Below are positions 1 to 10,082 of a stretch of 64,000 bases of DNA, piece after piece. The notes beneath the pieces are model-generated. The model was not told where the DNA came from. It searched no databases and saw only the letters and a program-made list of their open reading frames with translations. Numbering within the stretch: the stretch's first letter is position 1; each line of letters begins with the position of its first letter. The stretch comes from Thermoanaerobaculia bacterium (GTDB lineage Bacteria; Acidobacteriota; Thermoanaerobaculia; Multivoradales; UBA5704). The stretch covers positions 29,339-93,338 of the forward strand of contig DASVAS010000028.1 in the NCBI GenBank assembly GCA_036376245.1, written 5' to 3'. The position numbers and the translations under genes were made by a program.

Positions 1-740
1 TCGACTCGCCCGAGCCGCAGGTGATGATCGAGGCGCGGATCGTGGAGACCACCAAGCGCTTCACCCGCGACCTCGGCATCGCCTGGGGCTTCGACGCGGT
101 GGCCAGCGCGGCGACCGGCAACACGACCGGCCTGGTCTTCCCCAACAACATCGACGCCTCGGGCGGCGTGAACCTCGGCAGCGCCGGCCAGAACGGCGTG
201 ATCAACCTGCGCCTGGGCAACGTGCTCAACACCTTCCAGCTCGACGTCGCCTTGCAGGCGGCCGAGAGCGAGGGCCTGATCACCATCCTCTCGGCGCCCA
301 AGGTGGCGACGCTGAACAACCAGCGGGCGTCGATCCAGAGCGGCTTGCAGATCCCGGTGCAGACGATCCTGAACAACACGGTGACGGTGCAGTTCATCAA
401 CGCCACCCTGCGCCTCGACGTGATCCCGCAGGTCACGGCCGAGGGCACGGTGCTGATGGACATCGACATCTCGAAGCGCGAGCCGCAGCTCGCCTTCCTG
501 GTGCCGGGCGCCACCAACGCCCCGATCGCCACCAAGGACGCCCGCACCCGGCTGGTGGTCCGCGACGGCGGCACGGCGGTGATCGGCGGCATCTACGAGG
601 TGCAGACCAGCAACGGCGAGAACCGCGTGCCGGGCCTCGCCAACATCCCGCTGATCGGCCACCTGTTCAAGAACCGCAGCCGCAGCGACGAGAACGACGA
701 GCTGCTGATTTTCATTACGCCCAGAATCATCAAGATCTGA
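1..740 (+). CDS. Secretin C-terminal fragment (PilQ/GspD family outer-membrane channel). The gene starts before the window; frame 3 is already open at position 3 (DSPEPQVMIEARIVE...).
   Basis: Secretin-domain motifs are present: IEARIVETTKRF, GLQIPVQT, VVRDGGTAVIGGIYE and NIPLIGHLFKNRSRSDENDELLIFITPRII. The frame is open from the first base of the window. Confidence 0.7.
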   Translation, partial: DSPEPQVMIEARIVETTKRFTRDLGIAWGFDAVASAATGNTTGLVFPNNIDASGGVNLGSAGQNGVINLRLGNVLNTFQLDVALQAAESEGLITILSAPKVATLNNQRASIQSGLQIPVQTILNNTVTVQFINATLRLDVIPQVTAEGTVLMDIDISKREPQLAFLVPGATNAPIATKDARTRLVVRDGGTAVIGGIYEVQTSNGENRVPGLANIPLIGHLFKNRSRSDENDELLIFITPRIIKI

Positions 741-756
741 CGATCGGGAGCGGACC

Positions 757-1302
757 ATGAAGACGAAATCCATCCTCCTTCTTCTGCTGATCGCCGCCGC
801 GCTGACGGTGTCGAGCTGCCGCTCCCGCACCGACCGGAGCGAGGGCACCGTCCTGCTGTCGGTCAGCGACTTCAACGGGCTGCCCATCTCCATCAGCCTG
901 GGGGACGGCAACGCGCCGTTCATCGTCGAGGAGATCGAGTTGCGCAACATCGCCAAGGACCCCAACGGCACCACCAGCGACCTGATGGACATCGAGCTGC
1001 GGAGCTACGAGGTGCGCTACCGGCGGCGCGACACCGGCACGCGGGTGCCGCCGCCCACGGTACAGGGCCTCTTCGGCATCGTGCCGGTGGGCGGCACCAC
1101 CGACCTGGAGAACGTGCCGTTCCTGTTCACCGACCAGCTCCAGAATCCGCCGTTGAAGGATCTGGTGGATTTCGGCCGCGACACGGAGACCGGGACCGCG
1201 GTGGTCGTCCTGGACGTTTCCCTGCGCTTCTTCGGCCGCACCCTGTCGGGTGACGACATCGTTTCGGATCCGGCAACGTTCACGATTGAAGTCCGGCCTT
1301 GA
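757..1302 (+). CDS. Hypothetical lipoprotein of 181 aa.
   Basis: N-terminal signal peptide with a lipobox (LLLLLIAAALTVSSC). It sits 17 nt downstream of the secretin stop and has no recognisable catalytic motif. Confidence 0.5.
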   Translation: MKTKSILLLLLIAAALTVSSCRSRTDRSEGTVLLSVSDFNGLPISISLGDGNAPFIVEEIELRNIAKDPNGTTSDLMDIELRSYEVRYRRRDTGTRVPPPTVQGLFGIVPVGGTTDLENVPFLFTDQLQNPPLKDLVDFGRDTETGTAVVVLDVSLRFFGRTLSGDDIVSDPATFTIEVRP

Positions 1303-1321
1303 GCCTCGCGGGAGCTTTGTT

Positions 1322-3169
1322 ATGAGACTTTTGAGGAACGCCTCTCTTCTGTCGCTGGCGCTGGCCCTGACGCTGGCCGTGGGCTGCACGGATTCGCCCA
1401 CCGAGCCTTCGGACAGCCCCGCCGTCACACCCAAGCCGCCGGCGCCCGTCACCACCTTCACGGTGTCGGTCTCGGCCAGCCCGTCGGAGATCACCGCGGG
1501 CGGCACCGGCACGAGCAATATCAACGTCCAGGTGCGGCGCACGGACAACGGGCAGGTGCCGCCGGACCTGACGGCGGTGACCCTGACCACCAACCTGGGC
1601 GCCTTCGGCAGCCCGGGCGGTCCGCAGACGCTGAACCTGCAACTGGTCAACGGCGAGGCCCAGGCCACGCTCTTCGCGGGGGACGCGACCGGCACCGCCA
1701 CCATCCGCGCCACGGTCGGCCCCAGCAGCGGTGCGGCCAACGTGCGCATCGGTGAGCCGGCGACGTTCTTCATCTCCTCGGTCTCGCCCAACGTCGGCAG
1801 CCCGCAGGGCGGCGAGCAGGTGACCATCCTCGGCGGCGGCTTCGAGCAGCCGGTGCGGGTGACCTTCAACGGCGCCACGGCCACCGTGCGGTCGGTCTCC
1901 CCGAACCGGATCGTCGTCACCACCCCCTCGGCCACGGCCGCCGGCGTGGACGTGGGCGTTGGGGAGAGCGAGTCGGTCAGCGTCGTGGTCACCATCAACG
2001 TCAACGAGGTCAACCAGGACACCGACACCATCGATCGCGGCTTCACCTACGCCTCGGGCGGCGGCACCCCCTCGCAGCCGCAGGTCTTCAGCGTCAGCCC
2101 GCAGTCGGGCAACAACGAGGGCGGCACCCGCGTGACCATCGTCGGCGAGGGCTTCCAGTCGCCGGTGCAGGTGCTCTTCGGCATCGGCACCAGCGCCGAG
2201 AGCTTCGACGGCGTCGAGGCCACGGTCGAGTCCGTGAGCTCGACCCGCATCGTCGCCAGGACCCCGGCGGCCACCGGCTTCGGGCAGAACCTGAACAACC
2301 AGCTCGTCGACATCCTGGTCAGGAACGTCAACACCGGCTTCAGCACCGTCCGCCGGCAGCAGTTCAAGTACGGCACCGACGTGCTGATCACGGCCATGGG
2401 ACCCGGCTCGGGCTCCTATCTCGGCGGCACCCGGGTGACCATCCAGGGCCAGGGCTTCGACGAGCCGGTCGCGGTCTCCTTCAACTTCTCCAACCCGTCG
2501 GTCGGCGTGGCGCAGCAGGTGGTCTCGGTCACCGGCACGCAGATCGTGGTCCTCACCTCCCCGGCGCCGCTGCCGGACACCTGCCCGGCGAACGGCCTGA
2601 TCTCGGTCGACTCCATCCGGGTGGTCAACATCGACTCGGGCGACTCGGACGACGCCGACATCGGCTTCAACTTCATCGTCCCGATCCCGCAGATCTTCAA
2701 CATCAACCCGTCGGGAGGAGCCCCGGGGGCCAACGCGGTGATCTCGGGCGCGAACTTCGGCTCGAACGTACAGGTGATCTTCGGCGCCGCGACGTCCGGC
2801 AGCGCGGCGCAGGTCCTCTCCAACACCGGGGGCTCGATCACCGTGCGGGTGCCGAACGCGCCGCAGGGCTTCGCCTTCATCCAGGAACCCTGCGACGGCA
2901 ACGGCGACGGCATCCCGGGCGGCATGCGCAACGCGCCGACGCCGATCACCGTCAACGTCCGCAACCTCGACGGCACGGGCTGCATCGGGACGCTGACCAA
3001 CGCGTACCTGCTGACGCCGCCGAACACCACCTGCAGCGGCGACAGCTCGACGCCGCCGCCGCCGCCGACCGTGCAGTGCAACGACGGCTTCGACAACGAC
3101 AGCGACGGGCTGATCGACGCCGCCGACCCGCAGTGCACGGGGCCGACGGACAACACCGAGGGCAGCTAG
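1322..3169 (+). CDS. Cell-surface lipoprotein with multiple IPT/TIG-like Ig-fold repeats and a C-terminal Cys/Asp-rich MopE-like putative metal-binding motif.
   Basis: ATG at 1322 is preceded by a GGGAG ribosome-binding site, and the product opens with a lipoprotein signal (LSLALALTLAVGC). The repeat pattern GGGFEQPVRVTFNG..ATVRSVSPNRIVVTTP recurs about five times and is typical of IPT/TIG. The C-terminus CNDGFDNDSDGLIDAADPQC resembles the C-x-DG-x-DND-x-DG-x-x-D repeat of the MopE/Cu-binding family. Confidence 0.65.
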   Translation: MRLLRNASLLSLALALTLAVGCTDSPTEPSDSPAVTPKPPAPVTTFTVSVSASPSEITAGGTGTSNINVQVRRTDNGQVPPDLTAVTLTTNLGAFGSPGGPQTLNLQLVNGEAQATLFAGDATGTATIRATVGPSSGAANVRIGEPATFFISSVSPNVGSPQGGEQVTILGGGFEQPVRVTFNGATATVRSVSPNRIVVTTPSATAAGVDVGVGESESVSVVVTINVNEVNQDTDTIDRGFTYASGGGTPSQPQVFSVSPQSGNNEGGTRVTIVGEGFQSPVQVLFGIGTSAESFDGVEATVESVSSTRIVARTPAATGFGQNLNNQLVDILVRNVNTGFSTVRRQQFKYGTDVLITAMGPGSGSYLGGTRVTIQGQGFDEPVAVSFNFSNPSVGVAQQVVSVTGTQIVVLTSPAPLPDTCPANGLISVDSIRVVNIDSGDSDDADIGFNFIVPIPQIFNINPSGGAPGANAVISGANFGSNVQVIFGAATSGSAAQVLSNTGGSITVRVPNAPQGFAFIQEPCDGNGDGIPGGMRNAPTPITVNVRNLDGTGCIGTLTNAYLLTPPNTTCSGDSSTPPPPPTVQCNDGFDNDSDGLIDAADPQCTGPTDNTEGS

Positions 3170-3199
3170 CCGAGCCCTCTTGCGTTGAGGTACCTTTTC

Positions 3200-3238
3200 G
3201 GGGCGGCCGTCCACGGACGGCCGCCCCGGTTCTTTTGT
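3200..3238 (+). terminator. Rho-independent terminator.
   Basis: A 13-bp GC stem (GGGGCGGCCGTCC / GGACGGCCGCCCC) with an ACG loop, followed by GGTTCTTTTGT, lies directly downstream of the 3169 stop. Confidence 0.6.
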
Positions 3239-3291
3239 GGGGCTCCCCCTGACTGGACGGACCGCGGCCCCGCTCCGTATACTGGGTCGCT

Positions 3292-4269
3292 ATGACTTCA
3301 AGAGCTGTCCTTCCATTGCTATTGTTGGTGACTCTGCTGCCGGCTGTGGGGTGCGACAAGGCGGCCCCGGTGGCGCCCTCGGGCACGACGCTCTCGATCA
3401 GCGCGAACCCCGCGAAGATCGATTCCCCCAGCGGCACCTCCACGATCACCGTGGTCGCGCTGCGCCCGAACGGCACCCCGGTGAACCCCGGGACCCAGAT
3501 CCGCTTCAGCACCGACCTGGGCTCCATCCAGGAGGTCGCGGAGGCTGACGATTCCGGCGTCGCCCGCGCCACTCTGAGAGGGGACGGGCGGCTCGGCACG
3601 GCCACGGTATCCGCGACGACGGGCGGCGTCGCCGAGGCGGCGACGCTGGAAGTCCAGATCGGAACGCCGGCGACGTCCATCAATCTGCAGCCCAATCCGA
3701 CCACCATTCCCGAGACCGGCGGCACCGTGCAACTGGTCGCGATCCTGACCGACGCCAGCGGCCGGCCCCTCCAGGGCCGCGGAGTGATCTTCTCCACCGA
3801 GGTCGGCGAGCTCCGTTCCAACGGCACCATCCGGCAGACCAACGCCAACGGCCAGGCCACCGACCGGCTCGACGTCGAGGCGGGAGACCTGACCAACGGC
3901 CAGACGAGCTTCACCGTCAGCGTCCAGGCCGCGGGCGGCGGCGGCGAGGGTGGCGGCGCCGTCACCGACACCTTCGAGATCCGTGTGCAGGGCGGCCGCC
4001 CCGAAGCGGACTTCGACGTTCAGCGCGGAGCCACGGCGAACGAGGTCGCTTTCATCAACCTCAGCACCGGCGGCGTCGGCAATCTCGAGTACAGGTGGGA
4101 CTTCGGCGAGCCCGGCAGGCCCAACAACACCTCGACCGAGGAGAACCCGACTCACACGTATCAGAGCCCCGGCACGTACACGGTCCGGCTCGACGTGGTC
4201 GACGATGCCAACCAGTCCTCCGTCTCGATCCAGCAGATCACCGTCCCGGTGGACGACGGCAGCAACTAG
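3292..4269 (+). CDS. Lipoprotein with bacterial Ig-like (Big) repeats and a C-terminal PKD domain.
   Basis: Lipoprotein signal (LLLLVTLLPAVGC). Ig-like repeats contain TATVSATTGG. The C-terminal block EYRWDFGEPGRPNNTSTEENPTHTYQSPGTYTVRLDVVDD matches the PKD-domain WDFGDG...HTY..GTYTV pattern. Confidence 0.65.
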   Translation: MTSRAVLPLLLLVTLLPAVGCDKAAPVAPSGTTLSISANPAKIDSPSGTSTITVVALRPNGTPVNPGTQIRFSTDLGSIQEVAEADDSGVARATLRGDGRLGTATVSATTGGVAEAATLEVQIGTPATSINLQPNPTTIPETGGTVQLVAILTDASGRPLQGRGVIFSTEVGELRSNGTIRQTNANGQATDRLDVEAGDLTNGQTSFTVSVQAAGGGGEGGGAVTDTFEIRVQGGRPEADFDVQRGATANEVAFINLSTGGVGNLEYRWDFGEPGRPNNTSTEENPTHTYQSPGTYTVRLDVVDDANQSSVSIQQITVPVDDGSN

Positions 4270-4292
4270 GTCTCGGACTGGCGCGGTGAAGG

Positions 4293-4335
4293 GCGAGGCG
4301 AGCTTCCATGAGGGGGCTCGCCTCTTCCTTTTCAG
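4293..4335 (+). terminator. Candidate intrinsic terminator.
   Basis: Stem GAGGCGAGC / GCTCGCCTC around a 13-nt loop, followed by TTCCTTTTCAG, directly after the stop at 4269. Confidence 0.45.
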
Positions 4336-4339
4336 GGAC

Positions 4340-4376
4340 TTCGAGCGGATCTGGAAGGCGTATGTTGCTATAATGC
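4340..4376 (+). promoter_or_regulatory. Candidate sigma70-type promoter with an extended -10 (TGcTATAAT) for the TPR gene.
   Basis: A perfect TATAAT lies at 4369-4374 with a TG dinucleotide one base upstream. It is about 75 nt upstream of the ATG at 4451, in a locally AT-richer segment. No good -35 is seen. Confidence 0.3.
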
Positions 4377-4450
4377 GGCCACTTTGCTGTCGTCCCTGAC
4401 GCATACCGCCCGTTCTCCGCGCGTCCAACCGCCGCCCGAGGTGCGCCCGC

Positions 4451-5845
4451 ATGAGTGACGGCGTGTTTCCCGACCGCCTCACCCAGCTCCGCAACCGCTG
4501 GGAGTCCGACCCTTCCTCCCGCGTCTTCCTCCAACTGGCGGAGGAGTACCGCCACCAGGGACGGGTCAAGGAGGCGCTGGACGTCCTGGAGAGGGGGCTC
4601 AAGGAGCACCCCGGCTATCTCTCGGCCCTGGTGGCCAAGGGACGGTGCCTCCTGGAGCTGGGAGAGCCCGATCCCGCCAGGGAGGTGCTCGAGCGCGTGG
4701 TCAAGCAGGACGCCACGCAGATGGTGGCCAACAAGCTGCTGGTGCGGGCGTATCTGGAGACCGGCGATCCCGACCGGGCGCGCGAGCGGCTCGACATCTA
4801 CTCCCTGCTGAACGACAGCGATCCCGAAATCGAAGAGCTGCGCCGGAGGCTGCGCACGATGGAACAACCGCCACAGGCCGCGAAGGCGAGCGACGACATC
4901 TTCGACCTCGGCCAGCCGGCGCCGGCGCCCCCGGCCGCGGCGCCGGCGATCCAGGACGATCCTTTCGCCGAGATCTTCGCCACGCCCGTTCCGGCCGCCG
5001 CCGCGCCCAGGCCGCCGGCGCCCGCGCTGGAGCCCGAGGCGCCCGAGGCGCCCGAGCCGGAGGACGTCCTCTTCCCCGGCCTGGCCTCCCGCGACAGCCG
5101 GCAGAGATACCTCTCCGCGCTCGCCGCCGAGGGGCTGTTCTCGTTCGAGCCGGAACCTGTCGTGGCAGCGCCGGAGCCGGTCGCGGAGTCGGCGCCGCCG
5201 CCTCCCGCGCCGGCGCCGCCCATCCCCGCCATCCCGCCCATGTCGCCGTTCCCGGAGCTCGAGACGCCGCTGCCCACCGAACAGGTGTTCTCCGGCTGGA
5301 CCCCGCCGGCGGAGCCGGTGCCGGCGGTCTTCGCGGTCGAGGCGGCGGCGCCCGTGGAAGTGGAAGAGGCGCCGGCCTGGGCCCCGGAGGCGCCGACGCT
5401 GGTCTGGCAACGGGAGGAGCCCGCGCCCGCCGCCGTGGAGGAGCCGCCGGTCTTCGAGATCGAGGAGCGGACGCCCTGGGCCGCGGAGCCGGCTCCGCTG
5501 GTGCCCGAGGCCGAGGCGCCGGAGGCCGCCGAAGCGGTCGTGCCGCAGCCCGTGGCCACGGTGACTCTGGGAGAGCTTTACCTGCGGCAGGGACATCTGG
5601 GGGAGGCCCGCCGGATCTTCGAGGAGATCCTGCTCCGCGAGCCGGACAGCGCCGCCGCGCGCGAAGGCCTGGCGCGGGTGGCGGAGCGGCGGCGGGAGAA
5701 GCGTCCCCTGGAGGTGCGCGACCTCATGGCCGGCTATGAGCCGGGGCACGAGGGGGGCGAGGCCGAGGTGCGCTCCCGCAAGGCGTACCTCCTGAGCAGT
5801 TACCTGAAGCGCCTGCGGGGAGGGAGCCACAGCGATGTTTCTTGA
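4451..5845 (+). CDS. TPR-repeat protein with a long Pro/Ala/Glu-rich low-complexity linker.
   Basis: TPR-like helices occur at the N-terminus (RVFLQLAEEYRHQGRVKEALDVLERGL...) and the C-terminus (GELYLRQGHLGEARRIFEEIL). The central roughly 250 aa are PAPE-rich. Confidence 0.7.
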   Translation: MSDGVFPDRLTQLRNRWESDPSSRVFLQLAEEYRHQGRVKEALDVLERGLKEHPGYLSALVAKGRCLLELGEPDPAREVLERVVKQDATQMVANKLLVRAYLETGDPDRARERLDIYSLLNDSDPEIEELRRRLRTMEQPPQAAKASDDIFDLGQPAPAPPAAAPAIQDDPFAEIFATPVPAAAAPRPPAPALEPEAPEAPEPEDVLFPGLASRDSRQRYLSALAAEGLFSFEPEPVVAAPEPVAESAPPPPAPAPPIPAIPPMSPFPELETPLPTEQVFSGWTPPAEPVPAVFAVEAAAPVEVEEAPAWAPEAPTLVWQREEPAPAAVEEPPVFEIEERTPWAAEPAPLVPEAEAPEAAEAVVPQPVATVTLGELYLRQGHLGEARRIFEEILLREPDSAAAREGLARVAERRREKRPLEVRDLMAGYEPGHEGGEAEVRSRKAYLLSSYLKRLRGGSHSDVS

Positions 5846-6191
5846 GCATCTGAACCGCGTCAGCAGCCGCATCGAGGGCGCCCTCGCGCTCTCCCTGGTC
5901 GCCCGGGACGGCATCCCGGTGGAGTCCGTCAGCTCGGACCCGGACCTCGACCTGGAGGTGCTGGCGGCCGAGCTGGTCTCCCAGGCGCGTTCGATCTCCA
6001 ACAACCATCGCGAGCTGGACGTGGGCGAGGTGCAACAGCTCTCGGTGAGCACCGACCGGCTGACCCTGATGGTAAGCTCCGTCACCTCGGACTATTATCT
6101 GCTTCTCGTCCTGGGCCCGGAGGGCAACTACGGGAAGGCCCGGTTCGAGCTCCGGCGAGCGCGGCTGCTCCTGGAGAGAGATCTCTCCTGA
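5835..6191 (+). CDS. Roadblock/LC7 (MglB-like) domain protein.
   Basis: A 118-aa protein with the roadblock pattern [16 protein letters not shown] ... [31 protein letters not shown]. Its start overlaps the TPR gene stop by 11 nt. Confidence 0.7.
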   Translation: MFLEHLNRVSSRIEGALALSLVARDGIPVESVSSDPDLDLEVLAAELVSQARSISNNHRELDVGEVQQLSVSTDRLTLMVSSVTSDYYLLLVLGPEGNYGKARFELRRARLLLERDLS

Positions 6192-6246
6192 TCCCCCGGG
6201 CGCGGCAGCGCCGCGGCTCGGGGAGACAGGCCAAGGGGGCGTCCAC

Positions 6247-6750
<504 letters not shown>

Positions 6751-6758
6751 AGGCTCAT

Positions 6759-8122
<1,364 letters not shown>

Positions 8123-8126
<4 letters not shown>

Positions 8127-8740
8127 CCGGTCCCGTCTACGCCATCGCCGACGCCGAGGCGTTGGCTCCCACGCCCCTGCCGCGGGCGGTGGCGGAGATG
8201 GCGGCGGCGGGCATCCGCTGGATCCAGGTGCGGGGCAAGAAGCTCACCGGCGAAGCCTGGCACCGGACCCTGGAGGGTTGCTGCCGGGCCCTGGAGGGGA
8301 GCGGCGTCTCCCTCTGGGTGGACGACCGGGCCGACCTCGCGGCGCTCTTCCCGGTGGAAGGGCTCCATCTCGGGCAGTCGGACCTGCCGCCGGCCGCGGC
8401 CCGGCGGGTGGTGGGGAAGAGCCTGCGGATCGGCCTCTCCACCCATGGCGAGGAGCAGGTGGCGGCGGCGGACGAGGACCCGGAGGTGGACGTGGTGGCG
8501 GTGGGGCCGGTCTTCCCGACCACCGGCAAGGAGCGGCCCGACCCGGTGGTGGGGCTCGCCTTCGTGCGCCGGGCCCGCGCCCGCACGGCCAAGCCCCTGG
8601 TGGCGATCGGCGGCATCGACGCCGGCAACGTCGCCGAGGTGCTGGCGGCGGGGGCGGACGCCGCCGCCGTGATCGGCGCGGTCTGCCGGGGCGACGTGCG
8701 GGAAAACTGCCGGCGGCTGCTGGCGGCTGCTGGCGTATGA
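8123..8740 (+). CDS. thiE: Thiamine-phosphate synthase.
   Basis: The internal ATG at 8123 overlaps the accC stop (ATGA). The product has VYAIADAE..., [19 protein letters not shown] and [15 protein letters not shown], with a GGID-like C-terminus. Confidence 0.8.
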
Positions 8741-9252
8741 GGATCTACCTGACCGGCTTCATGGGGTCCGGCAAGACCACGGTGGGCCGCCTCCTCGCCG
8801 CGCGGCTCGGGGCGACGTTCCTGGACCTCGACGTGGAGATCGAGCGCCGCGCCGGTATGACGGTGCGTGAGATCTTCGAGCGGCAGGGGGAGCCGGCGTT
8901 CCGGCAGTTGGAGGCGGAGGCCCTGCGAGGGACTTTGGCGCTTCCCGACGTTGTGGTGGCGACGGGCGGCGGTACGATGGTGTTCGAAGGGAACTCCAGG
9001 CTGATCCGCTCGAACGGGCTTTCGGTCTGGCTCAACCCGCCGTTCGCGACCATCGCGGCGCGCATCGGCGGGGTGGGCAAGGCCGACCGGCCGCTGTTCA
9101 AGGACGAGGTCCAGGCCCTCGCGCTCTACCGCGAGCGGCTCCCGGCCTACCGCCGGGCGGACCTGACGGTGGACGTGGCCCCGCAGGAGGGGCCGGAGGA
9201 GATCGCGGCGAGGATCGCCCTCATGATCGGGGACCGACGGTGCGCTATCTGA
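8737..9252 (+). CDS. aroK: Shikimate kinase.
   Basis: ATG at 8737 overlaps the thiE stop (ATGA). The product begins [25 protein letters not shown] (Walker A) and contains the shikimate-kinase block DLDVEIERRAGMTVREIF. Confidence 0.85.
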   Translation: MRIYLTGFMGSGKTTVGRLLAARLGATFLDLDVEIERRAGMTVREIFERQGEPAFRQLEAEALRGTLALPDVVVATGGGTMVFEGNSRLIRSNGLSVWLNPPFATIAARIGGVGKADRPLFKDEVQALALYRERLPAYRRADLTVDVAPQEGPEEIAARIALMIGDRRCAI

Positions 9253-9983
9253 TTCTCTCCGACATGCACGCCAACTGGGACGCCTTCGAGACCGTCCTGC
9301 GGCGGGCCCGGCGCAAGCGCTACGACTCGGTGCTGGTGCTGGGAGACCTGGTGGGCTACGGCGGCGCGCCCAACCAGGTGGTGGACGCCGTGCGCCGTCT
9401 CGGCCCCCGCCTGTGGATCGTGCGCGGCAACCACGACAAGGTCGTGGCCGGCATCGACTCGGGGAGCAACTTCAACCACACCGCCCTGGCGGCGGCGCAG
9501 TGGACCACCGGCCGGCTCACCCCCGCCAACCTGCGCTACGTCCGGGAGCTGCCGCAGGGGCCGGTCGAGATCGAGAAGGGTGTCGCCATCTGCCACGGCT
9601 CCCCCCTGGACGAGGACACCTACGTCTTCTCCGACGTGGACGCCTGGGAGATCTTCTCCCGCTTCGACATGCCGGTGACCTTCTTCGGCCACACGCACAT
9701 CCCGTCGGTCTTCTGGCTGGAGGGGCGCGTGCTGGGGGTGCGGGCGCTGAAGGGGACGACGGGCCGGCTGGAGCTCGCCCCGGGCGGGCGCTACCTGCTC
9801 AACCCCGGCTCCATCGGCCAGCCCCGGGACCGCGACCGCAGGGCTTCCTACATGACCTACGACAGCGAGCGGCGGGTGGTGCGCTGGTACCGCGTGCCCT
9901 ACAACATCGCCGAGGCCCAGCGCCGCATCCGCCGGGCCGGCCTGCCCGGCAGCCTGGCGGACCGGCTGGCGGTAGGGGCTTAA
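9240..9983 (+). CDS. Metallophosphoesterase (calcineurin-like phosphoesterase family).
   Basis: LILSDMHANWDAFE, VLGDLVGYGG, GNHD and GHTH metal-binding motifs are present. It overlaps the aroK stop by 13 nt. Confidence 0.75.
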   Translation: MRYLILSDMHANWDAFETVLRRARRKRYDSVLVLGDLVGYGGAPNQVVDAVRRLGPRLWIVRGNHDKVVAGIDSGSNFNHTALAAAQWTTGRLTPANLRYVRELPQGPVEIEKGVAICHGSPLDEDTYVFSDVDAWEIFSRFDMPVTFFGHTHIPSVFWLEGRVLGVRALKGTTGRLELAPGGRYLLNPGSIGQPRDRDRRASYMTYDSERRVVRWYRVPYNIAEAQRRIRRAGLPGSLADRLAVGA

Positions 9984-9998
9984 GGGTTTACCGAAAAC

Positions 9999-10082
9999 AG
10001 GACCTAAAGGACATAAAGGACCTAAAGGACGGGGTGGTGGCGTCCTTTAGGCCCTTTAGGTCGTTTATGTCCTTTAGGTCCT
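9999..10082. repeat. Long imperfect palindrome built from tandem 9-mers (GGACCTAAA / GGACATAAA), which likely acts as a bidirectional terminator hairpin between convergent genes.
   Basis: Left arm AGGACCTAAAGGACATAAAGGACCTAAAGGACG, loop GGGTGGTGG, right arm CGTCCTTTAGGCCCTTTAGGTCGTTTATGTCCTTTAGGTCCT. It sits between the metallophosphoesterase stop (9983) and the ccmF stop (10074), and overlaps the last codons of ccmF. Confidence 0.6.

Noticed and set aside
4238-6085. A 615-aa minus-strand ORF and a 364-aa plus-strand off-frame ORF over the TPR gene.
   Set aside because: Shadow ORFs. Only frame 4451..5845 has TPR helices and a plausible start.
9999-10082. Possible CRISPR array suggested by short direct repeats (GGACCTAAAGG x3).
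   Set aside because: The repeats are 9 nt, contiguous with no spacers, and mirrored as a palindrome. No cas genes are present. This is a hairpin-forming repeat element, not a CRISPR array.
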